From Tricharina praecox (Eukaryota), in NCBI RefSeq assembly GCF_024521635.1, contig NW_026250404.1:2108001-2172000 (forward strand): a DNA stretch of 64,000 bases, in the 5' to 3' direction. The stretch's first letter is position 1; the number at the start of each line of letters is the position of its first letter. Position numbers and translations under genes: made by a program. The notes below the pieces were generated by a model, which did no database searches, was not told the DNA's origin, and saw nothing but the letters and a program-made list of their open reading frames with translations. Below are positions 63,036-64,000 of this stretch, piece after piece.

Positions 63036-64000
63036 TACCAATTCACCATACGTAGGTACGTACGTACGTAACTACCCCGCCAATACTCTACCTACCAGGC
63101 AGTTATCTCAATCTCCCGTAGCTAGTCCCACAAAACACCCGCTCTCCTCCTCTCCCCTCTCCTTCGCGAGTCGCATCGCGAGAAAACGGTACGGTATGTA
63201 GCATTAGAGTTTACATGGACCGGCCCCCGGGCTTGCTTGGGCTGCTGTACTCCACTCCACTCCACTCTATCTACCCTAAGCGCCTGCCCAGGTACTGTGC
63301 AGTGCACAGCCACTGCGTAGGACTACTACCGTGCTACCCAGTTACATACCACTATAAATTTCCGCGTTCGGGAATCTCGTAGCGCGCGCGAATCGATATC
63401 TTTATCTCTATATCTATCTATTGGATCGGTCGCGAACTCGCGGGCGCCACGATTTCGGCGAGCGAGAGGCGACTCAGCGAGGCTGCGAGAGGAGGAGGTG
63501 CGTGTAGAGTAGGTAGGTAGGGCAGTGAGCGGTGAGCGGTGAGCAGTGGGGCGGGTGCAGCGTGGCTGGTGGGATTTGAAGGAGCCATTGGACGTAAGGC
63601 ACCTCACCACAGTCTCGCATGCTGTTTTGCATGCTATGCTGTCGTTGCGTGCTGTCCTGTCCTGTGCTGTCCTGTCCTGCGCTGCGCCGCTGCGTTGTTC
63701 TAGCGGCGTTCGAGAGTCGAGAGCAAGACAACGGCGGTGCTCGAAGTTCAAACGGCCAGCCATTCGAAATCCGAACGTGCAGGAATACCGCTCATCGCAA
63801 CGGCTAATTGGAACCATTCAATGCTTTCTTCTTTCTTCTTTGTTCGCCCGTTCCGTCTCGTTTCGTTCGTTTCGTGCAGATCTTTTCGTGTACATACTCA
63901 GCCACGCCCTGTAGGCTGTAGGTTGTTTCATCGCCGCCACCACCGCCGCCTCTGTGCGATCCCTTCGATAAAATCATAAATCATAATCGTCGTCATGCTC

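Noticed and set aside
63353..64000. TATAAA at 63353 and ATG at 63995 as the start of the next gene
   Set aside because: Plausible, but only two codons lie inside the window, so it cannot be supported.

Overview
Eukaryotic, intron-rich DNA from a filamentous ascomycete. Short GT-AG introns with CTRAC branch points support this; the gene set, LINE relic style and microsatellite load suggest Pezizomycetes, which is an inference only. About 17 protein-coding loci can be reconstructed by hand: a disrupted membrane-protein gene, a secreted Thr/Pro-rich CBM-like protein, a FAX/metaxin-type GST, a claudin-like tetraspan protein, MRPL20, DUG1, a WKF-domain protein, a CDK10/11-like kinase, AtfA/Atf1, Spc98/GCP3, isocitrate lyase, a CorA-like protein, a PTH11-like 7TM protein, a SesB/DUF676-like hydrolase, a spliced 68-aa microprotein, a GH43 endo-arabinanase and PPN1. 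Non-coding features include a decayed LINE, a ~3.8 kb ORF-less element built from oppositely oriented repeat arrays, three local duplications and many microsatellites. I found no convincing novel multi-gene system. The best leads are the hidden mitochondrial-type microprotein, the fold-back-like repeat element, the kinase with a Glu gatekeeper, and motif clusters upstream of ICL1 and atfA. Splice sites were read by eye and no database searches were run.
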